Of a stretch of DNA of 64,000 nucleotides, positions 41,175 through 50,100 are shown piece by piece. Under the pieces are notes generated by a model. That model was given only the letters and a program-made list of their open reading frames with translations. It was not told where the DNA came from and searched no databases. The first letter of the stretch is position 1. Every line of letters starts with the position of its first letter. A program made the translations under genes and the position numbers. Source of the stretch: Candidatus Hodarchaeota archaeon (GTDB taxonomy: Archaea > Asgardarchaeota > Heimdallarchaeia > Hodarchaeales > Hodarchaeaceae); NCBI GenBank assembly GCA_016839815.1, contig JAEOTM010000204.1, forward strand, positions 49,640 to 113,639, in the 5' to 3' direction.

Positions 41175-41198
41175 CTTAAACTCGAAAATAATAGAAAC

Positions 41199-41441
41199 TT
41201 AGTCAACTTTGTAGATAATTTGATCTACTTCTTGAGAGGCCTTCTCAACGGTAACAAATGATTTAGTTTTCAAAGAAAAATAGGGATCATTTGCCTCAAT
41301 CTGGTCACTCTTGAGAAGAGCAAGAATCGCTATTTTTACTGCTTCTTTGATGGACAGATCATGTTGAGTCGCATAATCACGAAGGATCGCATGTTCCTCT
41401 GGAGACAGGGTGGTTTGAACCACCTTTTCACGAGATGTCAT
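41199..41441 (-). CDS. Putative antitoxin (RHH/CopG-like) of the VapC gene
   Basis: 80 aa directly upstream of the PIN gene; KVVQTTL..EEH..L...A....LSIKEAV; C-terminal ASQEVDQIIY. Confidence 0.8.
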   Translation of the reverse strand: MTSREKVVQTTLSPEEHAILRDYATQHDLSIKEAVKIAILALLKSDQIEANDPYFSLKTKSFVTVEKASQEVDQIIYKVD

Positions 41442-41445
41442 CAGT

Positions 41446-41478
41446 CATATCTCATATCACATGAAACATATCTCATAT
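41446..41478 (-). promoter_or_regulatory. Probable TA operator: CATATCTCATAT direct repeat
   Basis: Exact 12-mer at 41446 and 41467 (21-bp period) between the TATA region and the antitoxin start. Confidence 0.65.
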
Positions 41479-41502
41479 ATATATCTTATCCTTTCAATTC
41501 AG

Positions 41503-41620
41503 TTATGACTCCTTAAGGCTTTATCTTTTAGAAAACGAGAGGACTGACACTTTCCACACTAAACAAAGATTAGTAGCCTGTGGGCGATTCGTGGGAGTGC
41601 GTAGAACTACACCGAACACT
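41503..41620 (+). repeat. Structured intergenic repeat, copy 7
   Basis: GACTCCTTAAGGCT...GAAAACGAGAGGACTGACACTTTCCACAC...TAGCCTGTGGGCGATTCGTGGGAGTG. Confidence 0.9.
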
Positions 41621-41737
41621 CGTTTGTATTCCCTTGATTCTTGGTTATGTTTCCCAAGAGTCCAGATATGAGATATTGAAGCGCTAAGCAGAAAACTTAA
41701 ATACTTGCAAAACCATGAAATAGCTAAGTGATGTGAA

Positions 41738-41980
41738 TTGACACTTGATGGATTAGTAAAAGTGACAAATCGGGGGATGATAACTATTCCAGCTAACCTT
41801 CGAAAAAAATATGGGCTTAAGGATGGTGATCAGGTAATAGTTATGGAGGATGAAGGAATGTTGAGAATTATTCCAATAGAATCTATTGTAAGTCTTCAGA
41901 ATAGATCATTAACCACAAGAGAGATGATGGAAATTCTGATAAAATCCAGAGAAGACGAACTGGAGCTAGAAGATAGATGA
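41738..41980 (+). CDS. AbrB/MazE/SpoVT family antitoxin
   Basis: VKVTNRGMITIPANLRKKYGLKDGD; overlaps the PIN gene by ATGA. Confidence 0.9.
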   Translation: MTLDGLVKVTNRGMITIPANLRKKYGLKDGDQVIVMEDEGMLRIIPIESIVSLQNRSLTTREMMEILIKSREDELELEDR

Positions 41981-42387
41981 AACAGAAAATCTGCCTTGAT
42001 ACAGGACCCCTGACATTACATTTTACCAGAGATGAACCAAAAGAAATAACCGATTTGATGCGAGAAATTAAACATCAAAAAACTGAAGCTCATGTCATGT
42101 CACCTATCTTAGTAGAAGTCTTTAACCACTTATGCATAGCAAAAGGAAAATCGTTCGCAGAAGCCAGTATAAGTGCTTTACAATTAAATTATCCCCTCAT
42201 ATTTGTACCCATCACGAATGATACCCTCCTGAAAGCTGGAGGATTAAAATGCCAATATCGTCGCATTCTATCGTACTTTGATAGTCTAGTCATCGCCTAT
42301 GCATTAAATGAGAAACTGGTACTGCATACCACCGAAAAAAACTTACCCACAATTCAGAATCTCAAAATAAGAACCTATAATTACTAA
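41977..42387 (+). CDS. PIN-domain toxin
   Basis: ICLDTG, LVEV, LSYFDSLVIAYA. Confidence 0.85.
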   Translation: MKQKICLDTGPLTLHFTRDEPKEITDLMREIKHQKTEAHVMSPILVEVFNHLCIAKGKSFAEASISALQLNYPLIFVPITNDTLLKAGGLKCQYRRILSYFDSLVIAYALNEKLVLHTTEKNLPTIQNLKIRTYNY

Positions 42388-42767
42388 TTTTCACGGATAC
42401 TTTGAGAAAAATGACCAATCTCTGGTGGAGGCCCTCTGCTAAAAGAAAGATAAGATCCAATAATTGTCCCCCAATATGGAGTAAAGCCTAATCGCTTCCG
42501 TTTTTTACGATCAGAGTAAATAGAATAAAGTCCAACCAAAACAAGGATAGGTCCAGCAGCCCAGACAAGCATTATTCCACCAAACATCTGATCTCTGACC
42601 TCAGAGTCAGTCCTAGAGATAAAGGAAGTAATGACCAAAGCCCACGCAGTTCCAGCGATGATACTTAGAGCTCCCTGAACAGTATCATACCCTAATCCAT
42701 TTCTTACAGAAACCATAGCATCAGAGCAAGAATTTCCAAATAAAAACCTTTCGATATGTCGCTCCAC
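42384..42767 (-). CDS. Small 2-TM membrane protein (paralog of 57992..58318; possibly truncated)
   Basis: GLGYDTVQGALSII...DQMFGGIMLVWA.GP...YSDRKKR shared with the 57992 ORF. Confidence 0.6.
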   Translation of the reverse strand: MERHIERFLFGNSCSDAMVSVRNGLGYDTVQGALSIIAGTAWALVITSFISRTDSEVRDQMFGGIMLVWAAGPILVLVGLYSIYSDRKKRKRLGFTPYWGTIIGSYLSFSRGPPPEIGHFSQSIREN

Positions 42768-42840
42768 GCGTCTTTCTGTGAAGAAAACTGCTTTATCAAT
42801 GGAGTTACTTTCAAGAAAGATCCCATCACATCATCATTGT

Positions 42841-43881
42841 CTATTTAATTAAATTTACTGTATTTTTAATAGTTTCTTCTGCATCTTGGGTTATCTTATC
42901 GATTATTGAGGCGACTCCTTTGATACTATCGATAAGCCCGATACTTTGTCCAAGGAGGACAGCTCCATCATGGATCTTACCTTTATAAGCTAAATCATAA
43001 GCTTGGGCTGCTTTAACTAACTCTTCCGTACTCGTTACTGCTTCCTGAGCTAATTTTTCTTCTTTTTTAGTTACACGACCATGTCCTAGACTATACTTAT
43101 TCTTCCAAAGACGAATCGGCCCTAATATCCCTGTCACAAGTGTCGTATCATGGGCTTTAGCTGGTGGAATCACGTTTTTGTAAGTTTCATGGAATTCACA
43201 TTCACTAGAAGCGATAAATCTGGATCCCATGGCGATTGCCCCAGCCCCGAGAGATAAAGCAGCAGCTAAACCTTCGCCTGTAGCAAATCCTCCACAGGCA
43301 ATTCGAGGTATGAGAGGGAATCGTTGCTGGACTTGTTGGAGAAGAACGAGGGTGCTTACATTTTCATAAGATTGGTGTCCCCCTCCTTCACTACCTGTGA
43401 CTACTAATCCGTCAACCCCGGTATCTACACATTTCGCTGCTAACCAGAGGGCAGGTGCAACGTGAAAATGGACAATCTGTGAGGTTTCTTTTAATTTTTT
43501 GAACGTTTTTGACTGGGGAAGCACTTTAGCGGACCCTGCACTAGTTAAAACGTATCGACACTGTTCTCGAATTTTGGGACTATTCAGAATGAATTCTGGG
43601 ATTTCAGTACACAAAGCCTCGGCATATGGCTCTAATCGAGAAGTTCTAATATTGAATCCAAACGGTTTGTCGGTATGGTCAACCACATATTGCATATTTT
43701 GTTTCATTTCTTCAATAGGATCTTTATCCCTGCTTAAAAGGCCAATTTGAGATAAGACACCTAAACCTCCAGCTTCAGAGACAGCGACAGTTAAATGTGT
43801 TGTATGGAAGGGAGCCATAGGCGCCGCAATTATAGGATGCTTAATTCCTAACATTTTGGTGATTTGTGTTTCGAGTGGCAT
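42841..43881 (-). CDS. Nitronate monooxygenase / FabK-like FMN oxidoreductase
   Basis: LGIKHPIIAAPM, AVSEAGGLGVL, GSEGGGH, IACGGF, MGSRFIAS. Confidence 0.9.
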   Translation of the reverse strand: MPLETQITKMLGIKHPIIAAPMAPFHTTHLTVAVSEAGGLGVLSQIGLLSRDKDPIEEMKQNMQYVVDHTDKPFGFNIRTSRLEPYAEALCTEIPEFILNSPKIREQCRYVLTSAGSAKVLPQSKTFKKLKETSQIVHFHVAPALWLAAKCVDTGVDGLVVTGSEGGGHQSYENVSTLVLLQQVQQRFPLIPRIACGGFATGEGLAAALSLGAGAIAMGSRFIASSECEFHETYKNVIPPAKAHDTTLVTGILGPIRLWKNKYSLGHGRVTKKEEKLAQEAVTSTEELVKAAQAYDLAYKGKIHDGAVLLGQSIGLIDSIKGVASIIDKITQDAEETIKNTVNLIK

Positions 43882-43937
43882 TACTCTTCAATGAAATTAG
43901 GAAGTTTTCAAAAGGTTTCTGAAAATTGGGATTGTAA

Positions 43938-44004
43938 CTATTTTTAGTAAAAAACGAGAGGACTGACCCTTTCACACTTTTCGTCCGAAGCTCGTGTGTG
44001 AGGA
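43938..44004 (+). repeat. Structured intergenic repeat, copy 8 (core)
   Basis: AAAACGAGAGGACTGACCCTTTCACAC...CTCGTGTGTGAGGA. Confidence 0.9.
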
Positions 44005-44131
44005 ATTCAATATCTGTAAGATATGAAAACCAGTTATCTCATGAAGCATTGATAAAAAAGAGAAATGTATATATAGATTGTAAACAGAAGTGTATACAAA
44101 TCACTTGGTGACTTCACTTGGATATGAGAAA

Positions 44132-44347
44132 ATGAGTCAAGTACAACTAAGATTACCCCCCTCTCTGGTAAAAATGATTGATAACTTGGTAGCAGAAGGA
44201 AAATACAAAAATAGAAGTGATGCGATAAGAACTATGATCTCTAATCAGATAGAGTTTGAAAAAACACGTGATTTCTTATCTATGCTTCAAACTAGGAGTA
44301 AAGAAGCAGAAGACCATCCAGAAGATTTGATTCCTTTTGAAGATTGA
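44132..44347 (+). CDS. Ribbon-helix-helix antitoxin
   Basis: MSQVQLRLP..L...ID.LV.EG.YKNRSDAIR; overlaps the RelE gene. Confidence 0.85.
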   Translation: MSQVQLRLPPSLVKMIDNLVAEGKYKNRSDAIRTMISNQIEFEKTRDFLSMLQTRSKEAEDHPEDLIPFED

Positions 44348-44622
44348 TCGTAATGCCATATCAGATTCTATTCCATTCAAAAGCGGATAAGACCTTAAAA
44401 AGTTTTGAACTACAACTACAAAAACGGATTAAGCAGAAAATACAAATATTAATAAACCAACCAAGAAGTGGAAAGCTACTAAAAGGGTCAAAATTCTTTT
44501 CTCTAAGAGCTGGGGATTATCGAATAATTTACGAAATTAAGACAGACCCCTCACGCATTATTATTCTTTTCATTGGTCATAGAAGCGTGGTTTACGATAA
44601 CTTTCTGAAATGGCTTTCGTAA
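44344..44622 (+). CDS. relE: RelE/ParE family toxin
   Basis: YQILFHSKADKTL...GKLLKG...LRAGDYRIIY...IGHRSVVY. Confidence 0.92.
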   Translation: MIVMPYQILFHSKADKTLKSFELQLQKRIKQKIQILINQPRSGKLLKGSKFFSLRAGDYRIIYEIKTDPSRIIILFIGHRSVVYDNFLKWLS

Positions 44623-44656
44623 ACACAGAATTACACCTAGATGATGTAAATGAGAA

Positions 44657-44908
44657 GAAGTGACCACCAGACTTAAGATCAGATTTTCTCAAAGAAAACA
44701 TGAACACATGCTATTAGACTCCTTACGGCTATTTCTTTTTCTTAAAAGAAAAAACGAGAGGACTGACCATTTCCACACTTTTTTCTGGAAAGTAGACCTT
44801 GTACGAGGAGCTGGTAGTTGTTAATACACACTGAGCATGTTGACCGAAGCCTCCACACGTATTTCCTGAAAGAAACCTACTCTATCACCGGGATTTTCCT
44901 CATGAAAG
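44657..44908 (+). repeat. Structured intergenic repeat, copy 9 (longest, about 250 bp)
   Basis: Left segment, GACTCCTTACGGCTA, core AAACGAGAGGACTGACCATTTCCACAC, and right segment ACACACTGAGCATGT...CCTCCACACGTATTTC...ACCGGG shared with 63850-64000. Confidence 0.93.
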
Positions 44909-45148
44909 ATCCCAGCACGTGTTTACCACTCCATAATTATTTTTACCAGTCCCCACAACTTAAAGTCGATAAAAAAAAGAGGCACAGTTTTGAGGTCTAT
45001 TACGAGCCTCTTCTAAAGAAAACATTCAGCCTTATCGGCTAGCGTGAAGAAAGATAATCCGAAAATTCGATAGAGTGGAGAAAGCTGGTAGATGGGGGGA
45101 TAACGAAACAATTATTAATGACAAAATCCATGTATCTGAGTCAAGGTT

Positions 45149-46852
45149 ATGACGATGAGATATAGATTAATTGTTTTTAGTTGTTTATTTTTACTAGTGT
45201 TTTTATCTGGAAATATCGGATACACAACTGACTTAGCTGTAGAAAATACTAGGGAATGGACTTGGTCATCAATGGAATTAATCTCAGATATAAGCAATTT
45301 TTCTTCCTATAATCCCTATATTTTTGTTGATGAAAATTTCTACATTCACGTGATATGGGGAGAACAAGATACTTACACGATTGCAGGGGATAACGATTCT
45401 TATCAGGATATAATATATCAGCGGTGGAATCTCTTTAGTGAAGAATACTATGCACCTGAACTAGTATCATCTACAACCCTTTCAACTGCTAGAGACCCCT
45501 ATTGTACAATGGATCACGATGGCAATATTCATGTATTGTGGGAGGATAACACTGTTTTCTTCAAGGATACTGGGGATTGGGACATAATTTACAGTATGTG
45601 GAATGCCTCAACCCAAGAATGGACATTTCCGCGAATGCTATCAATGGGAACCAATGATTCCTATAATCCAGTTATTTGCGTCACACCTTCTGGGGAACGG
45701 CACGTATTTTGGGATGAACGAAATATCACGAGAGAAGTATATCATAGACCTAATATTAATGGGGAATGGTTGGGAATTGAGGAAATAACTATAGAGGACG
45801 AAACCTATGATGCTGTATCGCCAAGCGCAGCAACAGATGAAGCAAACAATATACATTTGACTTGGATAGACTATTCTGACTATAGTGGAGCTGGGGAAGG
45901 GACTGGATCCATTTTTTACAAAAAATATGATAATATACTAGATTCGTGGCTAGGAACAGCTTTTATCTCAACAGAGAGTGTGGAAACTATCTATAGCCAA
46001 TCAATTGCAGTTGATTCCACAGGAAAACCCCATGTTGTTTGGCAAGATATGTCTGTCCTACCTTTAGCCGACGATGGGAATCCTGATATTTTCTATAAGA
46101 CAATGAATTCAGAGACAGCCATTTGGACATCAACTCAGGTCATTTCTACGGACAGTACAGCAAGTTGTCAACGTCCCACGTTCACAATCGATCCTTCGAA
46201 TAATATTCACGTAGTATGGGAAGATTGCACAAATTTTGGAGGAGCGGGGTTTGATTGGGACTTAGTTCATAAAATGTGGAATTCAACAGCCGAAACTTGG
46301 GGCCCTATGACCCTTTTAACACCTGAAAGTTCCGAAAATAGTATGCAGCCGCACATATCCTGTGACAGATTCGGTTTTCTTTATCTAATCTGGGATGATC
46401 AGATGGATGTGAGTGGGGCAGGAACCGATGCTGATATCTTTTACAAATATTTAGCTGGAGAGCCTTCAAAACCAATACTTAGTTCTATCAACCAAAATCC
46501 CAATAAACCCTTGGAGATAGCCCTTCAGTGGACGGATTCCTTAGCAGCAGTAAATTACAAAGTGTATCGGGAAAATTCTTTAATCACTTCCCCAACAGGG
46601 TTAACACCGCACGTGACTGTCACTGAAAGCGAGTATACCGATACTCTCACAACAAGTGGAACGTTCTATTATGCGATAAGCGCGACAAATGACTTTGGGA
46701 TGAGTGAATTATCTAATGTTGAATTTATCACGGTAACTATTACTACTACAGATCAAACTAGTACCACCTCACCTGGAGGTACCTTTGGTTTTACTTTTCT
46801 AATTCTGATTACTGGGTTGCTGTTTTTATCCCGAAAGAAGAAGAAAAAGTAA
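45149..46852 (+). CDS. Exported beta-propeller-like repeat protein with Fn3 domain and C-terminal sorting signal
   Basis: Repeats of P.I..D..GNIHV.W.D...DI.YK.WN; Fn3-like LQW...NYKVYR...YYAISA.N; ends TTSPGGTFGF-TM-RKKKKK. Confidence 0.85.
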   Translation: MTMRYRLIVFSCLFLLVFLSGNIGYTTDLAVENTREWTWSSMELISDISNFSSYNPYIFVDENFYIHVIWGEQDTYTIAGDNDSYQDIIYQRWNLFSEEYYAPELVSSTTLSTARDPYCTMDHDGNIHVLWEDNTVFFKDTGDWDIIYSMWNASTQEWTFPRMLSMGTNDSYNPVICVTPSGERHVFWDERNITREVYHRPNINGEWLGIEEITIEDETYDAVSPSAATDEANNIHLTWIDYSDYSGAGEGTGSIFYKKYDNILDSWLGTAFISTESVETIYSQSIAVDSTGKPHVVWQDMSVLPLADDGNPDIFYKTMNSETAIWTSTQVISTDSTASCQRPTFTIDPSNNIHVVWEDCTNFGGAGFDWDLVHKMWNSTAETWGPMTLLTPESSENSMQPHISCDRFGFLYLIWDDQMDVSGAGTDADIFYKYLAGEPSKPILSSINQNPNKPLEIALQWTDSLAAVNYKVYRENSLITSPTGLTPHVTVTESEYTDTLTTSGTFYYAISATNDFGMSELSNVEFITVTITTTDQTSTTSPGGTFGFTFLILITGLLFLSRKKKKK

Positions 46853-46920
46853 AAGCAAAATATGAAGATCAAAATCTTGAGACTGAAGGTGAGTGAATAT
46901 GAAAATAGATCGCTTTGAAA

Positions 46921-47051
46921 GAAAAGTCCACCAGACATAAGACCAGAATTTCTCAAAAAAACACGAACACATGCTATGAGACTCCTGAAGGCTATTTCTT
47001 CTTCTTAGAAGAAGCAAACGAGAGGACTGACCCTTTCCACACTAATAGCCT
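46921..47051 (+). repeat. Structured intergenic repeat, copy 10
   Basis: CCACCAGACATAAGACCAGAA...GACTCCTGAAGGCTA...AAACGAGAGGACTGACCCTTTCCACACTAATAGCCT. Confidence 0.93.
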
Positions 47052-47163
47052 AAGATATCTTTCTTTCTCTCTTCCTCTAACATCTTATTGAGCGTTGATT
47101 TCCAATAAACGTTTTTTGCACCATTTTTAGCAGTATTTAGTGCATGAGAAGAAAGAGTGAGGG

Positions 47164-50100
47164 TTAATCACGATTTCTTATCTTTTGTATAAGATCTCGG
47201 ATAGCATCTCTCTTCTTTATTCCAACAAATGCCACTGGTATTGAAAATAATACCAATAAACCGATTAAAATCGCATTCGAACCAGAAGCAGGATCATTCG
47301 GATCATTTGGGTCAGAGTCAAGTTCATATTCCCGTAGATTGGAGTAACCATCATCGTCTGCATCCAGCTCTGCATCATTAATAAGAGGGTTCAATCTGTT
47401 TCTAACTTCCCAGCCATCAGGCATTCCATCATTATCGGTGTCCCAAATCTGGGGGTTGGTTCCATGTGTGAATTCTTCATAGTTAGATAACTCATCTACA
47501 TCTGGATCTAAAGCGGAATCATTGTTCAATGGATTAAGAGAGTTGAAGACTTCCCAACCATCAGGGATCAGATCGGCATCAGAATCGGCATTTTGAGGAT
47601 TAGTTCCTTCATAGAATTCATCTAAATTGAATAGCTCATCATTGTCCGCATCTGAGTAACTGTCGTTAAGAATGGGATTGAGAGAGTTTAGAACTTCCCA
47701 CTCATCAGGCATACCATCATCGTCAGTATCGGCCTTTTGTGGATTAGTTGAAGCATTATATTCCTCAATATTCAGTAATCCATCCATATCAGGATCAAGA
47801 TTGGCATCATTGGCCCGTGGATTAAGACTGTGGCGAACTTCCCAACCATCAGGCATTCCATCGTTATCTGTGTCACTATCAGTGGCATTGGTAGAATAAT
47901 CATATATTTCATTGAAATCAAAGAGTCCATCTCCATCAGTGTCATTATTATTTGGATTAGAATTATAGACATTGATTTCGGTCCAATCTGCAACACCATC
48001 TTCGTCAGCATCGGGAAAAACCTCGATATCATAATGCATTATTGATGTAGAATTCATAAGACCTACATTGTCATAACTGATAACATAGTAATAGATGATA
48101 TTTGTTGGTGTTTCAGGAATTATCTTAATAAAGGTAGCACTGAACGCAGTCCCACCGGAGAGTTGCATTGGCATTTCAATCCAGGAATTTCTATCATAGG
48201 ATATATACAATGTTGTTCCAGACATATTTAATTGAACATTGTCTTCTACATGCACCTCTATTGGCACTTCAGCTGGCTGAGGGATACTATTTCCAACTGG
48301 AACCTGAACAAACGTTATGGTGGGGGCTAAACCATCTATCATATACGTAGTACTTGTTGAATTCCTAGACTGTCCAATTGTATCAATTGCATTAATTAAG
48401 TATTCTACATTAGCATTTATGCTAATTGGATCGATAGATGCTTGGAATGCTCCATTCTCTAAACTCATTGTTTTACTATGGAAAAAACCATTTATCCAGT
48501 AATATAGTTTAACAGCCCCAATACCATAGTCATCCGTAATAAAGGCTGTTACAGTGACTCGCGTGTTGAGAGGAATCTCTGCAGGAAAGTGGGTAACAAA
48601 TAGAATCTCGGGCTGAGTATCAATTACATAATAACGAACTATAGAGCTCGACGTTAATCTATTTAAATCGCTTGCTTCGATGTAATAAGCAACTACTCCA
48701 CTAGAGATAGCAGGAATATCAGCATAAAACCTACCTGTAATCATATCACCACTTTCTAGTATCATAGCTTGACTAAACCAAGTAATTTCATCTGTAGAAT
48801 AGAATAATCTGGGAGTATGGAGTCCATTATTATCTGAAATTTCAGTATAAACCCTTGGGGATACAAATTGTGAAACAGGATCGAAATCTGTTACTCCACT
48901 AATAGTAGGATACACTCCATCAGTATAATATGAAAGGACACCACTACTAGAGGTACGATTCGCCATATCTGAAACAAAAATGTAATAATCAACATTACCA
49001 TCCATGGAGGAGGCTGGAATTTCTGCGAAGTAATCGGGTTCAATATCAAATTCGAAAGAATAAAAGAAAATATCATCATTTTCTGTATCACGAATCTCAA
49101 TCCGCCATTGCTCATATACGATATTCGCCCAGTTAAATTCAGGAATATACCCTGTCCCTAGGATCGTAGAGGAATAAAACTGTTCCCAAATACCAGTATC
49201 AATTCGGAATCCCCAGAGTGTCACAGCGATTGTATCCGCATCACTGGAATAGGTATACACTGAAAGGCGAGAGAGGGGTCCACTGGCATATTCTGCGGAA
49301 ATTACTTCATTATAAAATGTCCCTGATATGGGATTACGACCAGTGATAGTATGCATCCCAGCAGAAATGAAATCAACAGTGTTCCAAGTAGATCCATCAA
49401 AGGTATAGAAGAGTGTCACATTTCGGAAGGGATTTTTGTCTTCAATAGTGCTGTATATACTTATAATATCGAGTAGGTTAGAATTTGAAGGAGATTGAAC
49501 GATATAACTGATATTGGGATCAACTCCGTCAGAATAATACTGATAAGTGCCACTTACTGTAGATTGAAGGAAAGTATCTAACACACTTACAGAATATGTT
49601 ACGTTGGTATCGATTAACGTACTCGGAATAATTCCTTGATATGCACCATCTTGGAATGTCATCACAGATGAATGGTTGGTATCATCATAATAATAGTACA
49701 ATGATACATTGAAGATCCCATAGTCGTCACTTGCAAAGACATAGACAGTTACCGGGATATCTGACCGAACATAATCATAAGAAAGATTAGTACTAGAAAT
49801 TACGGGTTTATAATCAATCAGAGAATTAATTGGAGAAGATTGGTTAGTCCAACCGAGTTCGTCTATAATAGTAACATAATAAGATAACGCAAGATCCCCA
49901 GATGATGCAGGTAATAATCCAGAGTAAGTACCAAGGTTCGTTGACTGATTCTGGAGTATCATTTGAGTTTGATACCATGTGGAATTATCATAGGTGTAAA
50001 AGAGGGTTACAGACATATTAGCATTGATAACCGCATCAGAAATCGTAGTATAAACAATATCTCCTGATCCACTAATTCTTGTAGAGTTGGTAAGACTGAC

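Noticed and set aside
44818-47017. Short ORFs 44818..45042, 46753..46956 and 46826..47017 (and 36481..36769) overlapping repeat copies
   Set aside because: Reading frames are not preserved between copies because of frequent indels in the hairpins, so the repeat is not coding.
46975-47051. Repeat as a hammerhead or HDV-like ribozyme, or a tRNA
   Set aside because: CTGAAG and GAAAAC resemble the hammerhead core, but CUGANGA and the NUH site are not conserved. A minus-strand TCCTCGC (copy 4) lacks HDV P3 pairing. There is no T-loop GTTC or fixed anticodon arm.
47290-48012. Tandem DNA similarity and antisense ORFs in the 3' part of the giant gene
   Set aside because: Explained by the coding Ca-binding DxDxDG repeats; no adenine-specific variable/template repeat pair or reverse transcriptase to suggest a DGR.
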